A stretch of 64,000 nt of DNA, taken from assembly GCA_964586155.1 (NCBI GenBank), contig CAZPHC010000004.1:130527-194526 (forward strand). The letters are read 5' to 3'. Below are positions 47,982-56,671 of the stretch, in pieces. Under the pieces are notes generated by a model. The model saw nothing but the letters and a program-made list of their open reading frames with translations, was not told the origin of the DNA and did no database searches. How positions within the stretch are numbered: the stretch's first letter is position 1; every line of letters begins with the position of its first letter. Position numbers and translations under genes: made by a program. The DNA is from an uncultured Enterobacteriaceae bacterium (lineage in GTDB: Bacteria > Myxococcota_A > UBA9042).

Positions 47982-48542
47982 ATGGACGTCGCCCCCGACC
48001 TGCACGACGAAGCCAGGTTGGTGCGCGGCGTGCTGGCTGGCGACGGCGAGGCGTTCGCTCGCCTCGTGCGGCCTCATCTGCCGATGTTGCTGCGTGTCGG
48101 GCATCGCGCGACGCGGGATCGCGCGCTGGGCGAGGACGCGGTGCAAGAGGCCCTGACCATCGCCGCCCGCGAGATGGGGCAGTACCAGGTCGGCACGTCG
48201 ATCCGGGCGTGGCTGGCGTCGATCGTCGCGACCCGTGGGTTCACGCTGGTGCGGAGCGAAGCGCGGCGTCGCAGCCGTGACGAGCGTTCCGAGGCACCCG
48301 GCCACGCCCTGTCGCCCCATGACGTCATCCAAGGCCGGCAGACCGCGGCCCGAATCGACGCCATCCTCGCCGAGATGCCCGAGAAGCGCAGGCTGGCGGC
48401 GATGTTGCGCCTCGATGCCGGCATGGACTACGCCGAGATCGCGACGGCGGTCGGCTCCACCGAGGAGTCTGCGCGCGCCCTGGTCTACCTGGCGGTCAAG
48501 ACGCTGCGCCGGGAGCTGCGAGACGAGGAGGTCCGACCATGA
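47982..48542 (+). CDS. ECF-type RNA polymerase sigma-70 factor
   Basis: Start at M45 gives 186 aa. Region 2 (GDGEAFARLVRPHLPMLLRV) and region 4 (MDYAEIATAVGSTEESARALVYLAVKTLRR) are present. M20 is an alternative start. Confidence 0.75.
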   Translation: MDVAPDLHDEARLVRGVLAGDGEAFARLVRPHLPMLLRVGHRATRDRALGEDAVQEALTIAAREMGQYQVGTSIRAWLASIVATRGFTLVRSEARRRSRDERSEAPGHALSPHDVIQGRQTAARIDAILAEMPEKRRLAAMLRLDAGMDYAEIATAVGSTEESARALVYLAVKTLRRELRDEEVRP

Positions 48543-49069
48543 CACGCCACCACGACGAGCAGGCGCCGGGACCCGGGACGTTCGAGGCCGACGGCCTTGG
48601 CGGCCACGGGGAACGCGTCGCGATCGAGGGCGCGGACCTGCGCGAGGCGGTCGCGGGGCTCGAGGAACAGGACGTGGCGGCGATGGCGGCGCTCTTTGAC
48701 GCGAGCGACGTGGCCGCGATCGACGAGGTCGCCGTCGCCCGGCTGGAGCGCTTCGCGCGGACGTCGGCCGTGGCGCCGCGGCCACAGCCGATGACGGCGC
48801 AGCAGCCCGGGCCGGCCCGCTCACGTTGGCGAGCATGGGCTGCGGTCGGAGCGTGCGCGCTGGCGGCCGCGATCGGCGCGTTGGTCCTGCGGCCGACGGC
48901 GCCGGCGCCAGAGACGTCCGCGGTCGCCCTGGCCGAGGCGCCAGCGGCCGCGGCGGGCAGCTGGTCGGCTGACGACCCGCTCGATTTCTTCGGCACCAGC
49001 GCGACCTATGCCCAGGCGGACCTGCTGCCGGATGAGTTCGACGAGGCCTGGGGCGACGACGGCCTGTAG
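48539..49069 (+). CDS. Putative anti-sigma factor (single TM)
   Basis: ATGA overlap with the sigma gene. Central TM WAAVGACALAAAIGALVL and an acidic C-terminus. Confidence 0.6.
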   Translation: MTRHHDEQAPGPGTFEADGLGGHGERVAIEGADLREAVAGLEEQDVAAMAALFDASDVAAIDEVAVARLERFARTSAVAPRPQPMTAQQPGPARSRWRAWAAVGACALAAAIGALVLRPTAPAPETSAVALAEAPAAAAGSWSADDPLDFFGTSATYAQADLLPDEFDEAWGDDGL

Positions 49070-49207
49070 CCGTGTGCGCGGCCATGGGAGTCCGCCTGCC
49101 GTCTTGATGCGGGCGGCACGCCGTGCGATCCTCTGGGCCCCTGGCGCGCGAGGCGTCGTCGGCGGCGCGCTCGCCGCGGCGCGGTGCCGTGAAGGACGGA
49201 GGCGGAC

Positions 49208-49720
49208 ATGGCGCGGAAGCATCCTCGAACGTTGGCGCGTGGCGTGCTGGCCCTGGCGATGGGCCTCGTCGGCCTCTTTGGCCTCGTGGCACCAGGCTGC
49301 GCGAGCGACGATGGCGGCAGCGGCGTGCCGCAGGGGCCTCGCGAAGTGCAGCTGGCGCTCAACCAGGGCGTCGTCCTGTCGACCGGCGAGGTCCTGTCCT
49401 CGGCCAGCTACCTCAAGGCCGACCTGATCCTCTACAAGAACCAGGGAGGCTTCGACCTGAAGCCGGGCAGCGAAGCCCCGGGCCAACAGATGGCCATGGG
49501 CGTCTTTGGCAACGGCGGCGTCGAGACGGTCTTCACCAGCCTCGACCAGGTCCCCGCCAGCAAGGCCAAGGCGAGCAACGTCACCTACATGAGCGACGTC
49601 GGGACCGGCTTTGGCGCCGTCGTCCAGCACAACATCGGTGACGGCTGGTCGAAGATCTGGGTCAAGCAGGCGATCGCGAGTTCGGGCATCGTCGTCATCC
49701 AATGGCAGGCGATCGACTGA
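49208..49720 (+). CDS. Small lipoprotein, hypothetical (170 aa)
   Basis: GGAGG 6 nt upstream. Lipobox LVAPGC. Lies downstream of the sigma/anti-sigma pair. Confidence 0.6.
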   Translation: MARKHPRTLARGVLALAMGLVGLFGLVAPGCASDDGGSGVPQGPREVQLALNQGVVLSTGEVLSSASYLKADLILYKNQGGFDLKPGSEAPGQQMAMGVFGNGGVETVFTSLDQVPASKAKASNVTYMSDVGTGFGAVVQHNIGDGWSKIWVKQAIASSGIVVIQWQAID

Positions 49721-49832
49721 CAGAGCCGATTCGTCGGGCCAGGCGACGGACCTGGGCGTCGCCACGAGCGAATCGACGAGGGTGGCAACCAACGGTGCAT
49801 GGCGACGTCGCGAACCGACGCGCGGAGGGTGG

Positions 49833-50852
49833 ATGCGCAAGCAGGTCGCGTTGATCACCGGGGCGAATGGCGAGATCGGGCACGGCTTGGTCGAGGCGCT
49901 CGTCGCGCGCGGCGAGCTCGGCATCGTCGCGTTGGACCTGAACCCGGTCTCGGAGTCGCTCGCCAGCCACCTCGAGGCAGCGCTGGTCGGCGACATCCTC
50001 GACCGCAACCTGATCGAGCGGCTGATCTCGGAGTACGACGTCCGCGAGATCTACCACCTCGCCGCGCTGCTCTCGACCCGCTCGGAGTTCACGCCCGACA
50101 CGGCCCATCGGGTCAATGTCGGCGGCACGCTCGACCTGCTGCGCCTAGCGGCGGACCAGGCGCGTCGCGGCGGGCATCCCGTGACGTTCCTGTTTCCGAG
50201 CTCGATCGCGATCTACGGCATCGAGAGCCGCGAAGCCAAGGCGCGCGCCGGTCGGGTCGCCGAAGGCAGCTACAACCAGCCGACGACGATGTACGGCTGC
50301 AACAAGCTCTACTGCGAGCACCTGGGCCGCTACTTCAGCGAGCACTACGGTCAGCTCGACGCGCATTTCCGCAAGAGTGGCGTTGACTTCCGGGCGCTGC
50401 GCTTCCCGGGGCTGATGAGCGCGCAGACCACGCCGTCCGGTGGCACCAGCGATTGGGGCCCCGAACTGCTGCACTCCGCCGCGAGCGGCAAGCGCTACGA
50501 ATGCTTCGTCGGCCCCGACGCGCGCTTGCCGTTCATGGCGATGCCGGATGCCGTCCGCGCTATCGTCGAGCTCGCCCATGCCCCTGCTGCGCAGCTGCAG
50601 CAGCGGATCTTCAACATCGGCGCGTTCAGCGCCTCGGCCGCCGAGATCGCTGAGCGGGCCGAGCGCGCGTTCCCGGGCGCCGACCTGGGCTGGGCCGAGC
50701 CCGGAGCGCGCGCCGCCATCGTCGACTCGTGGCCGGCCGACGTCGACGACTCTGCAGCGCGCAGCCAGTGGGGCTGGCAGCCGCACTACGACGCCGATCG
50801 CGCTTTCGACGACTACCTGATCCCCGAGCTTCGCCGGCGGTACCAACGATGA
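49833..50852 (+). CDS. NAD-dependent epimerase/dehydratase-family protein (L-threonine 3-dehydrogenase-like)
   Basis: Start at M75 with GGAGGG 4 nt upstream. Rossmann motif ITGANGEIG and catalytic YGCNK. Confidence 0.8.
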   Translation: MRKQVALITGANGEIGHGLVEALVARGELGIVALDLNPVSESLASHLEAALVGDILDRNLIERLISEYDVREIYHLAALLSTRSEFTPDTAHRVNVGGTLDLLRLAADQARRGGHPVTFLFPSSIAIYGIESREAKARAGRVAEGSYNQPTTMYGCNKLYCEHLGRYFSEHYGQLDAHFRKSGVDFRALRFPGLMSAQTTPSGGTSDWGPELLHSAASGKRYECFVGPDARLPFMAMPDAVRAIVELAHAPAAQLQQRIFNIGAFSASAAEIAERAERAFPGADLGWAEPGARAAIVDSWPADVDDSAARSQWGWQPHYDADRAFDDYLIPELRRRYQR

Positions 50853-51559
50853 CTCGAGTGCCGCTCGCCGCCGATCGTTGCTCCGTGCGGTGCCCCGCCG
50901 ACCGCAGCCGCCCTTGGCGTCGCGCCTGGTCGCCGCGCGGGTGGATCGCGCTCGGGCTGCCGCTGGCCGTGATCGCGGCGTGCGGCAGGGCACCCGAGGC
51001 CAGCGGCGCCGGCGCGGAGCCGGCGTCGTCTGCCACGCCGGCGGTCGATCCGCCAGCGCCCGCCGGCGCCGCAGCCGCGCCAGCCGCAGCCGCGCCAGCT
51101 GCAGCCGTCCCAGCCGACGCGACGGTGCAGGGCGACAAGGCCGCGCCGCCGATCGCCGAACACGACCCGCAGCTCGTGCGGCGCGTCGTCGAGGCCTACG
51201 AGCGCGTCCGATCCGACCTCTACGAAGGAGACTTCCGCGCGGCGAAGCTCCACGCCATCGACGTCGGCAGCATCGCGTCCGAGCGCCGGGACGAGGTCTA
51301 CGTCGAGCTGGCCGACGCGGCGCGGTCGGTGACGCAGCAGCGGTCGATCGACGGCTCGCGCACGGCCTTCCAGACGCTGAGCCGCACCCTCTGGGCCATC
51401 GTCGCTGACACGCCGGTCGTGGCCGGCGCGGCGCGCGGCTACGGCTGCACGGGCGTCGGTCACGAGCGCTGGCTGCAGATCGGCCCGTCATTGCCGGGCA
51501 ACCCGTACCGCGGTCGCACCGCCGACGCTTGCGCCGACGAGCTGCCGCTGCGCCGGTAG
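50849..51559 (+). CDS. Lipoprotein, hypothetical
   Basis: ATGA overlap with the upstream gene. Lipobox AVIAAC. Pro/Ala-rich linker. No recognised domain. Confidence 0.5.
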   Translation: MTRVPLAADRCSVRCPADRSRPWRRAWSPRGWIALGLPLAVIAACGRAPEASGAGAEPASSATPAVDPPAPAGAAAAPAAAAPAAAVPADATVQGDKAAPPIAEHDPQLVRRVVEAYERVRSDLYEGDFRAAKLHAIDVGSIASERRDEVYVELADAARSVTQQRSIDGSRTAFQTLSRTLWAIVADTPVVAGAARGYGCTGVGHERWLQIGPSLPGNPYRGRTADACADELPLRR

Positions 51560-51565
51560 GGCCGT

Positions 51566-52651
51566 CTACGGCACCGTCGCCCACCAGCTGCGGTGGATCT
51601 TGCGGTCGCGGAACTCGGGCGGCACGGTCTGTTCGCTCGTCTCGCTCCAGAACATGCCGTCAAAGACCCGCGGGTCGAGCTCGAACTCGCGGAAGTTCGT
51701 CGAGAACAGCAACGAGGCGCCTGGCCGCATCACCGACCGCAGGCGGGCGATCAAGCCCGGATGGTCGCGCTGGATGTCGAACGTCGAGCGCGTGCGTTTG
51801 CTGTTGCTGAAGCTCGGCGGATCGCAGATGACCAGGTCCCAGCCATCGCCGCGCTCGATCGCCTGGTCGAGGAAGCTGCGCACGTCGACGGGCAGGACGT
51901 GGTGCCGGCGCGGATCGTCGACGCCGTTGGCCCGCAGGTTCTCGACCGCCCAATCGCAGTAGGTGCGCGACAGGTCGACGCTGGTCGTGCTGGCGGCGCC
52001 GCCGACTGCCGCGTGGACGCTGAAGGCGGCCGTGTAGGCAAAGACGTTGAGCACGTGCTTGCCCTTGGCTTCGGCGCGGACGCGGGCTCGCGCGATCCGG
52101 TGGTCGAGGAACAGGCCCGTGTCGAGGTAGCGCTCGAGGTCGACGTGCAGCTTGACCGGGCCCTCGTGGACCAGCAGCGGTGCGTTCCGCTCCGGGCGCG
52201 GCTGGTATTGCTCGCTGCCTTTCTGGCGCGCCCGCTCCTTCCAATGCACCGCCGACTCGGGGATCTCCAGCGAGATCGCCAGTATTTCCACGGCCATCCG
52301 TAGCCGGGCTTCGCGTAGGACAGGCTGCTGCTCGAAGCCGCGGCTCCAGACCGAGACATGCAGGTGGTCCTGGTAGCGGTCGATCGTCAACGGCAGCTCG
52401 GGGATGTCGCGGTCGTACAGGCGCCAGCAATCGGTCTCGGCCGCCGCGCGCTGGCGCGCGGTCTTGCGCCACGATTTCTCGCAGCGATCGCGCAGCCAGG
52501 CGCCGTGCAGCTCGCCCTGGGCCAGCGCCGCCGTCAGCTCGACGTCGGTCGGAGGCGGCGGGGCGAAGCTCGGCGTCGCGCTCGGCAGCGCGCGGTTCGT
52601 GGGCGGTCGCATCGGCGGCTCGCGCCGGGGGCGTCCATGTCCTTGGTTCAT
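51566..52651 (-). CDS. Class-I SAM-dependent rRNA methyltransferase, RlmI/YccW-like
   Basis: Start at M118 of the ORF, overlapping the stop of the upstream GT2 gene (ATGA). Motifs LNVFAYTAAFSVHAA and DLVICDPPSF. The N-terminus is Pro-rich. Confidence 0.7.
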   Translation of the reverse strand: MNQGHGRPRREPPMRPPTNRALPSATPSFAPPPPTDVELTAALAQGELHGAWLRDRCEKSWRKTARQRAAAETDCWRLYDRDIPELPLTIDRYQDHLHVSVWSRGFEQQPVLREARLRMAVEILAISLEIPESAVHWKERARQKGSEQYQPRPERNAPLLVHEGPVKLHVDLERYLDTGLFLDHRIARARVRAEAKGKHVLNVFAYTAAFSVHAAVGGAASTTSVDLSRTYCDWAVENLRANGVDDPRRHHVLPVDVRSFLDQAIERGDGWDLVICDPPSFSNSKRTRSTFDIQRDHPGLIARLRSVMRPGASLLFSTNFREFELDPRVFDGMFWSETSEQTVPPEFRDRKIHRSWWATVP

Positions 52652-53382
52652 GCGCCGATCCCCAAGCGCAGCTCCAGGCCGAGCTTGATCAGCTCGCGGG
52701 CGACCCGGCTGATGGTCTTGAGGTTCTTGACCTTGGACTGGCCGGACATCCGCGGCCGCACCGCGATCGTCGTCTCGGCCGCGGCCACGCCGTCCCGGAG
52801 CAGGCGGATCGGCAGCTCGAAGTTGAAGAAGAAGCTCTCGCTCTTGCTTGCAACCGTCGAGAACAAAGCGGTTTGAAACAGATAGACGCCATCGAATCGC
52901 CGGCGCACGCCGGTGCTGGCCCACATCACCGCCTTGAGGCCTTCGCTGAGGATCTTGCGGTCCAACCCGTCGGCCTGCTCGAAGCGGTCGGGGAAGTGGC
53001 ACGTCACCAAGCCCACCGCCGGATCCCGCGCCGCCGCCCGCAGCAGATGGCTCAGCTCAGACGGCGCGATCTGGCCATCCGCCGGGATCATCGTCACCCA
53101 CTGCCGCGTCGCCGCGGCGAACCCGGTCTTGAGCGCGCCGCCGATGCCGCGATTGCGTGGGTAGGAGAGCACGCGCACGCGCTCCTCGTCGCCGGTGAAG
53201 CCCTCGGCCATCGCCGCCCTGGCCGCGTCGGCGGTGCCGTCGGACGATCCGTCGTCGACGACCAGCAGCTCCCAATCCTCGACGTGACCGCGCAGCCACG
53301 CCGCGGCTTCGTGCATCGTGGCGCCGACGTTCTCGGCTTCGTTGTAGGCGAACACGACGAGGGTGAGCGAGGGCCACATCAT
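52648..53382 (-). CDS. Family-2 glycosyltransferase (polyprenol-phosphate glycosyltransferase-like)
   Basis: VVFAYNEAENV...VVDDGSSDGT...PRNRGIGGA matches GT2 DPM1-like enzymes. Confidence 0.8.
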   Translation of the reverse strand: MMWPSLTLVVFAYNEAENVGATMHEAAAWLRGHVEDWELLVVDDGSSDGTADAARAAMAEGFTGDEERVRVLSYPRNRGIGGALKTGFAAATRQWVTMIPADGQIAPSELSHLLRAAARDPAVGLVTCHFPDRFEQADGLDRKILSEGLKAVMWASTGVRRRFDGVYLFQTALFSTVASKSESFFFNFELPIRLLRDGVAAAETTIAVRPRMSGQSKVKNLKTISRVARELIKLGLELRLGIGA

Positions 53383-53400
53383 CGCAGCAGCATGCGACGG

Positions 53401-53844
53401 CTATCGGTCATCAGCAAGCGGCAGCCGCCGCAGTGGGGGCGCTCCGCGGCTGACGCGCAGCCGGTCGAGCATCGCCATCAGCGCCTCGCGACGGGCGATG
53501 GCGTGGCGCAGGCGGCGCTTGCCCGGGATGTCCATCAGCAACAGGCCGGCGAAGATCGTCAGCAGGCCCTGGCCCGGCAGCACCAGCATCGCGATCCCAG
53601 CCACCACAAGCAACACGCCGATGGCGTTGCGCAGCACGCGGATGAGCAGGTGCATCAGCGGGTGCGCGTCGGGCGGCAGGTGCGAAGGATCGTCGTCACG
53701 GATGAGCCAATCGCTCGGCATCTTGACGATGAGGACGGGCAGGGCGACCAGGCTCGCCACGAGCATCAACGCCGACGCCAGCGCGAGCGCACCGAGCACC
53801 TCGGGCTGCAACAGCCACGCGATCACGGCGTCGACGCTCGCCAC
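53401..53844 (-). CDS. Small membrane protein, hypothetical (PGQG-motif TM protein)
   Basis: GTG start immediately after the stop of the upstream lipoprotein gene. Two or three TMs, with motif VLPGQGLLTIFAGL. Confidence 0.5.
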   Translation of the reverse strand: MASVDAVIAWLLQPEVLGALALASALMLVASLVALPVLIVKMPSDWLIRDDDPSHLPPDAHPLMHLLIRVLRNAIGVLLVVAGIAMLVLPGQGLLTIFAGLLLMDIPGKRRLRHAIARREALMAMLDRLRVSRGAPPLRRLPLADDR

Positions 53845-55896
53845 CTACTGCAGGTTCATGCCGCCGGGGTAGCCGTAGGCGGTCGCCGGGCCGTAGCCAT
53901 ACAGCGTCAGGCCGAACGCGGTCTCGGTGCTCTCGAAGCGGTGCACGCCCGGCTTGACCGCGACGTAGGCCAGCTCCCACTCGCCGCCGCCCAGGGGCGA
54001 GAAGTCGGTGTCCGGGATCTTGGTGCCGTCGACCGAGACCGCGACGCCCTTGGGTCGCACGACCGAGGCCCAGTTCTGCGTGTAGCCGATCGGCGTGAGG
54101 ATGAAGTAGTCCTTGCGCATCTGGTTGATCGGCGAGTGCACGATCATCGTCGGATCGCCGATGAAGTCGGACGTCTGTCCCTGGCTGACGATGAACTGGG
54201 CGATCTGGATCGGACCAGTTCCTTCGATGACGAAGGATTGGTCGGCCTCGACCTGGACCCATTGGCCCGGGCTGCCGAGGGTCTTGCCGTCCAGGCCGGG
54301 GATCGACGGCGTCGTCTTGAGCACGGTGCCGGGCAGCGACGCCATCACCAGCCAGAGGTCGGGCTCGTTGCCGCGCGGTTTGGTCTTGGGCGCGATGTAG
54401 GTCGTGCCCCAGGCGTTGACCGGCAGCAGCTGCTCCTCGACGTGCTCCGCGCAGCAGCTCTCTTCGCCGCCGTTCTTCCAGCCGAGCACGGCCTCCTCGT
54501 GGCCGCCGAACACGGCCACGGCCTTGGTCGCCACGATGTGGCTGCCCGTCAGATCGCCGATCTTGGTCAGCGAGCTCGTCGCTTCGAGGTTGAGCACATC
54601 GTATTGTTGCAGCTTGAAGCTCGCGGTCTGGCCGTTGGCGATGGGCAGCTTGGTGATCGGGTTCTGCTTGACGTAGCCCGTGCCCGACATCGTCACAGTG
54701 ACGGTCGTCTCGCCCGGCATCGCGGCGACGACGGTGAAGTAGCCGTTCTGGCTCGGCATCGCTGGCATGCCGGGGATCGCGAAGTCCGGGCGGCTGCCCA
54801 GCGAGACGGCGAAGTACTCCTTGCCGAGCGCGTTCTGCGGCAACAGCAACGAGCCGTCGTTGCTGAAGGCCTTGTCTGCGTTGAACGGGTTGAATTGGTA
54901 GGCCACGACCGGCTGCGTCGACTTGAAGTAGATGCCCTTCTGCGAGATCGAGTTTCCGTCGACGTTCATCACCGGCATCTTGATCTCGACCGACTTGCCG
55001 GCCGGCACGACGTTGTTCGGCACGACGATCTGCCACGGGGGCTGGACGAAGAAGGTCAGCTCCGCATCGTAGATGCCCGGGTTGCTGACGACGACGGAGT
55101 GCGGCACGTGCATCGGGTTGTTGCTCAGGCCGAGCAGTCCGTCGTCGGCGTTGTCGAGGTCGACGGTCCAGTAGTCGCAGCCGACGTTGCTCGCGACCTT
55201 GCTGTTGGCTTCGCACAGGCTGACGCAGGTGCCGCCCAGGCAGTAGGCGCCGCTCTTGCAGTCCTGCGCCTCCTCCCAGCCCGAGCCGTCGGCCTTGCAG
55301 ACGCGGACCGTGCTCTGGCTGGCGCATTCCTTGGTGCCCGGCACGCAGTCGACGACCTTGCACACGCCCTCGGCGACGCAGAGTTCGCCCTCGGCGCAGT
55401 CGACCGGCTTGTAGCCCTTGCCGTCGTCGGTGCAGACGTTGAGCGAGGTGTAGCCGTAGCAGCCCTCGATGGCGCCGGGCTTGCAGTCGGCGATGACCGC
55501 GCAGGCGCCGTCCTTGCAGACCTTGCCGCCCTGGCACTTCTCGAGCAGGTCCCATTTGCCTGCGACGCACCACTTCACCGCGCTGGCGCCGAGGCAGCCC
55601 TTCTCGCCGTCGACGCAGACGGCGCCGTCGGGGAGCTCGACCGTGTCCTGGTCGGCGTCGGCCTCTGCGTCGCTGGCCGCGCCGTCGCTGCTGGTGGCGC
55701 CATCGCCGGAGACGAAGCCATCGCCGAAGTTCTGCAACCCGTCAGCGCCGGCGCCGGCGCTGCCCGTGGGCGTCTGGCTGCAACCCGCGGCCGCCACGAG
55801 GGCCACGAGCAGGGCCGCAACCAGGGCGGCAGCGTGCGTCGGCCGTGCGGCCGTGCCGTCCCGGTGGGCGTTGGAGCCGTGGAGCGTCTCGATCAT
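53845..55896 (-). CDS. Large lipoprotein, paralog of 18530..20926
   Basis: Start at M20. Lipobox LVAAAGC. Shares ordered blocks with the paralog: NVGCDYWTVDLDNA, VAYQFNPFN, CCAEHVEEQLLPVNAWGTTYIA, C-terminal YGYPGGMNLQ. Confidence 0.7.
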   Translation of the reverse strand: MIETLHGSNAHRDGTAARPTHAAALVAALLVALVAAAGCSQTPTGSAGAGADGLQNFGDGFVSGDGATSSDGAASDAEADADQDTVELPDGAVCVDGEKGCLGASAVKWCVAGKWDLLEKCQGGKVCKDGACAVIADCKPGAIEGCYGYTSLNVCTDDGKGYKPVDCAEGELCVAEGVCKVVDCVPGTKECASQSTVRVCKADGSGWEEAQDCKSGAYCLGGTCVSLCEANSKVASNVGCDYWTVDLDNADDGLLGLSNNPMHVPHSVVVSNPGIYDAELTFFVQPPWQIVVPNNVVPAGKSVEIKMPVMNVDGNSISQKGIYFKSTQPVVAYQFNPFNADKAFSNDGSLLLPQNALGKEYFAVSLGSRPDFAIPGMPAMPSQNGYFTVVAAMPGETTVTVTMSGTGYVKQNPITKLPIANGQTASFKLQQYDVLNLEATSSLTKIGDLTGSHIVATKAVAVFGGHEEAVLGWKNGGEESCCAEHVEEQLLPVNAWGTTYIAPKTKPRGNEPDLWLVMASLPGTVLKTTPSIPGLDGKTLGSPGQWVQVEADQSFVIEGTGPIQIAQFIVSQGQTSDFIGDPTMIVHSPINQMRKDYFILTPIGYTQNWASVVRPKGVAVSVDGTKIPDTDFSPLGGGEWELAYVAVKPGVHRFESTETAFGLTLYGYGPATAYGYPGGMNLQ

Positions 55897-56101
55897 GGCA
55901 AGCCTCGTTGACCAGGGCGCGGCGGTGCGCGTGGCGGGCCGGGAGGGTGCCACAATCGTCGGCGCGTCAAAAGCTGCAATCGCCGCCCGGCCGTTGCCGA
56001 GCCGCCGGTCGCTGGTCCACGCCGGCTTCGCCCTGGCGTCATGCAGCGCACTCCACTACGCTGGCGGCGAGCGCGTCGGCGCGCGCCTCGGGGGAGCACT
56101 C

Positions 56102-56671
56102 ATGGCCGCTGTCCGCATCCGCCGCATGTGCGGCCTGAGCGCCTTGGCTGCGCTGGTCGTCGCCGCCCCCGTCGTCGCCGCCCCCGTCGTCGCCGCCGCC
56201 TCGCCCTCCGCGCGGTGCGCAGCCGTCGTCTGGTCGCCGGCGCAGACGCGGCAGGTGAGCCATGCCGTCGTGGACGTGGTGATCGAGGACCCCGCGGTGA
56301 CGCAGCGCGTGCTGGCCAGGACCGGCAGCCCTGCGTTCGTGCGCCAATCGTGGCGGCTGCGCGTGCGCTCGGTGGCGTGGCGGGCGCAGGCGCCGGTGCG
56401 CGATCCTGGGGCCAAGGCCGCGATCGCCGCGCTGGCAGCCGACGCGTCGCTGCTCGTCGACGAGGCCGACTGGCGCGGTGCGCTGGCCCATCACCGCCGC
56501 TGCCAGACCGGACGCTGCCCCGAGCGCTGTGCTCCAGCGATGCTGACCTCGCTTTCGCGCGAGCCCGTCGCGGGCGCCGTCGTCCGGGCCTACCTGCGCT
56601 GGACCCGCGACGGCTGGGCCCTGAGCGCAGACCGCGCGTTCGACGCCGTGGACGGTGGAGGCCCGCGATGA
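56102..56671 (+). CDS. Small secreted protein, hypothetical (189 aa), translationally coupled to the GH25 gene
   Basis: GGGGGAG 6 nt upstream. Signal peptide MAAVRIRRMCGLSALAALVVAAPVVAAPVVAAAS. Strong GC3 bias. Stop overlaps the GH25 ATG (ATGA). Confidence 0.55.
   Translation: MAAVRIRRMCGLSALAALVVAAPVVAAPVVAAASPSARCAAVVWSPAQTRQVSHAVVDVVIEDPAVTQRVLARTGSPAFVRQSWRLRVRSVAWRAQAPVRDPGAKAAIAALAADASLLVDEADWRGALAHHRRCQTGRCPERCAPAMLTSLSREPVAGAVVRAYLRWTRDGWALSADRAFDAVDGGGPR

Noticed and set aside
52180-55911. 1243-aa + ORF
   Set aside because: Antisense to four well-supported minus-strand genes. Low-complexity Arg/Ala/Gly composition.
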